DNA of 64,000 nucleotides from Terriglobia bacterium (GTDB lineage Bacteria; Acidobacteriota; Terriglobia; 20CM-2-55-15): NCBI GenBank assembly GCA_963664115.2, contig CAXWPJ010000005.1, positions 256,001 to 320,000 of the forward strand, read 5' to 3'. Shown piece by piece: positions 62,878 to 64,000 of this stretch (position 1 is its first letter; each line of letters starts with the position of its first letter). The notes under the pieces were generated by a model. It saw only the letters and a program-made list of their open reading frames with translations, ran no database searches and was not told where the DNA came from. The position numbers and the translations under genes were made by a program.

Positions 62878-64000
62878 AGATCCCGTGCGGCGACAGACAG
62901 CGCGTGCTCCAACCGTTGGCCAATGCCTGCCACGTCCTCCTCCTCCAGCAGAGCCGGATCGTAGGTCAGCGTCATCCAGGTCTGTCCCGAATGCGTCACC
63001 GCGGCCATCATCAGGGCGTGGCGCATGTGCAGCGCTCCGATTACCTCCATGCCCAGGACGCCCGCGAATTCTTCATCCATCTGTCCGTGCCACTGTTGGA
63101 CGTGGGTCAGCGCCGCGCTCCCCATGTCGGCCCAGGGGCGGTTCAGGTATCCCCTCAACAGGGGGACCGAAGCCGGGAAGGGCCAGCGGGTCAGGATGTG
63201 TCTTTTTGGAACGGCCCACTCTCCGTGCCGGCGGGACCAGTCGATCTGGCTTCGGATCTGGCGGCATTTCGATTGAAGGGTGTCGTCGCCGGCGAAACGG
63301 CGATACACGCGAATCCGGCTCGTCCCGTTCCCGAATCCTCTGAACGCGTCTTCGCGGATGTTCATCGGTAACCACACGCCCGTTTTCCGCCCGGTTGTGC
63401 CGTGCTGGCTGTTCCACCAGTGCAACGTATCCAGCGCGCAGACGAGCAGGACGTCGTTATATGTAAAGCCTTCTCTGCTCCGTGAAAGTCCCAGGAACTC
63501 CGAAGCCCGGATTCTCAACGTCGTCCAATTGCGTTCGGGCGAGAGCGGCGCCTTGCGCGTCCGGATCGGGTGGCATCGTCCCCTGTACGCCGAAGGGGTC
63601 TTCGATGCGCGCACGGCGGGTTGGCGCAACCTGAGGGGCTCGAAAGGCGCCATATGCTCCACGAACCGGTCCCGGCCCGAAGCGACTCGCAACTGGTGAC
63701 GGACCCACATCAGCGTGCTGAGCAGATCCCCCGCGGCGTGATGCATGCGAGTGACAAGACGGGCGGGACTGTTCTTGCCCTGGATCAACAACTGGCGAAC
63801 CGGCGTCTCCCGGTCCAGGCGAAATGGAACTCGAAGGAATTCCCGGATGGCGCCGTCCGTGTTGCCGCCTTCGGCGACGGTCAAGCCGTGTTGGGGGGCT
63901 TCCAGCCGCCGCCATTTCCTTCCCGCGACCGAGGAACCGGTCGAGGGATACAAGTTGCGGGCGCTGAGCGCGCCTTTCCGCAACCGTGCGCCGTCGGGCG
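62874..64000 (-). CDS. Standalone condensation-domain / CoA-dependent acyltransferase (5' end likely outside window)
   Basis: PFRL...P, MHHAAGD (HHxxxD), TYNDVLL, PMNIR, FGNG, TYDP; 4-bp overlap with GH3. Confidence 0.75.
   Translation of the reverse strand, partial: PDGARLRKGALSARNLYPSTGSSVAGRKWRRLEAPQHGLTVAEGGNTDGAIREFLRVPFRLDRETPVRQLLIQGKNSPARLVTRMHHAAGDLLSTLMWVRHQLRVASGRDRFVEHMAPFEPLRLRQPAVRASKTPSAYRGRCHPIRTRKAPLSPERNWTTLRIRASEFLGLSRSREGFTYNDVLLVCALDTLHWWNSQHGTTGRKTGVWLPMNIREDAFRGFGNGTSRIRVYRRFAGDDTLQSKCRQIRSQIDWSRRHGEWAVPKRHILTRWPFPASVPLLRGYLNRPWADMGSAALTHVQQWHGQMDEEFAGVLGMEVIGALHMRHALMMAAVTHSGQTWMTLTYDPALLEEEDVAGIGQRLEHALSVAARDL

Noticed and set aside
29096-64000. Right boundary (attR) of the tRNA-His-associated element
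   Set aside because: I did not spot a duplicate of the tRNA-His 3' end by eye; boundary left undefined

Overview
GC-rich bacterial window, probably Acidobacteriota judging from the Ser/Thr kinase-TolB and small-protein families (inference). Most of it is accessory DNA. (1) A ~24 kb island sits in tRNA-Arg(TCT), bounded by a 43-bp direct repeat (1811-1853 / 25863-25905). No integrase is visible inside it. It carries an ISCR/IS91-type rolling-circle transposase whose oriIS-like end abuts the right repeat, a second isolated copy of that end, captured gene fragments, and a tight ~18 kb five-gene operon of very large uncharacterised proteins (M64-like metallopeptidase, DUF6603-like protein and three partners, one split by an IS1380). 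(2) Core 2-oxoacid:ferredoxin oxidoreductase alpha/beta genes and tRNA-His follow. (3) A second decayed mosaic starts at a truncated integrase next to tRNA-His. It holds four apparently identical IS256 copies, two more IS1380 copies, IS6, IS5, IS30, IS481 and Tn3 remnants, iscA/iscU/Rieske genes, a doubly interrupted Ser/Thr kinase, a tandem array of three small peptides sharing an 'LSTxIEELExRIAP' leader (one visible only after removing an IS), plasmid-like parA/partner genes and an Mrr_N-HNH nuclease. (4) The window ends in a methyltransferase / HAD / desaturase / GH3 / condensation-domain cluster. All family calls come from motif recognition by eye; no searches were run.
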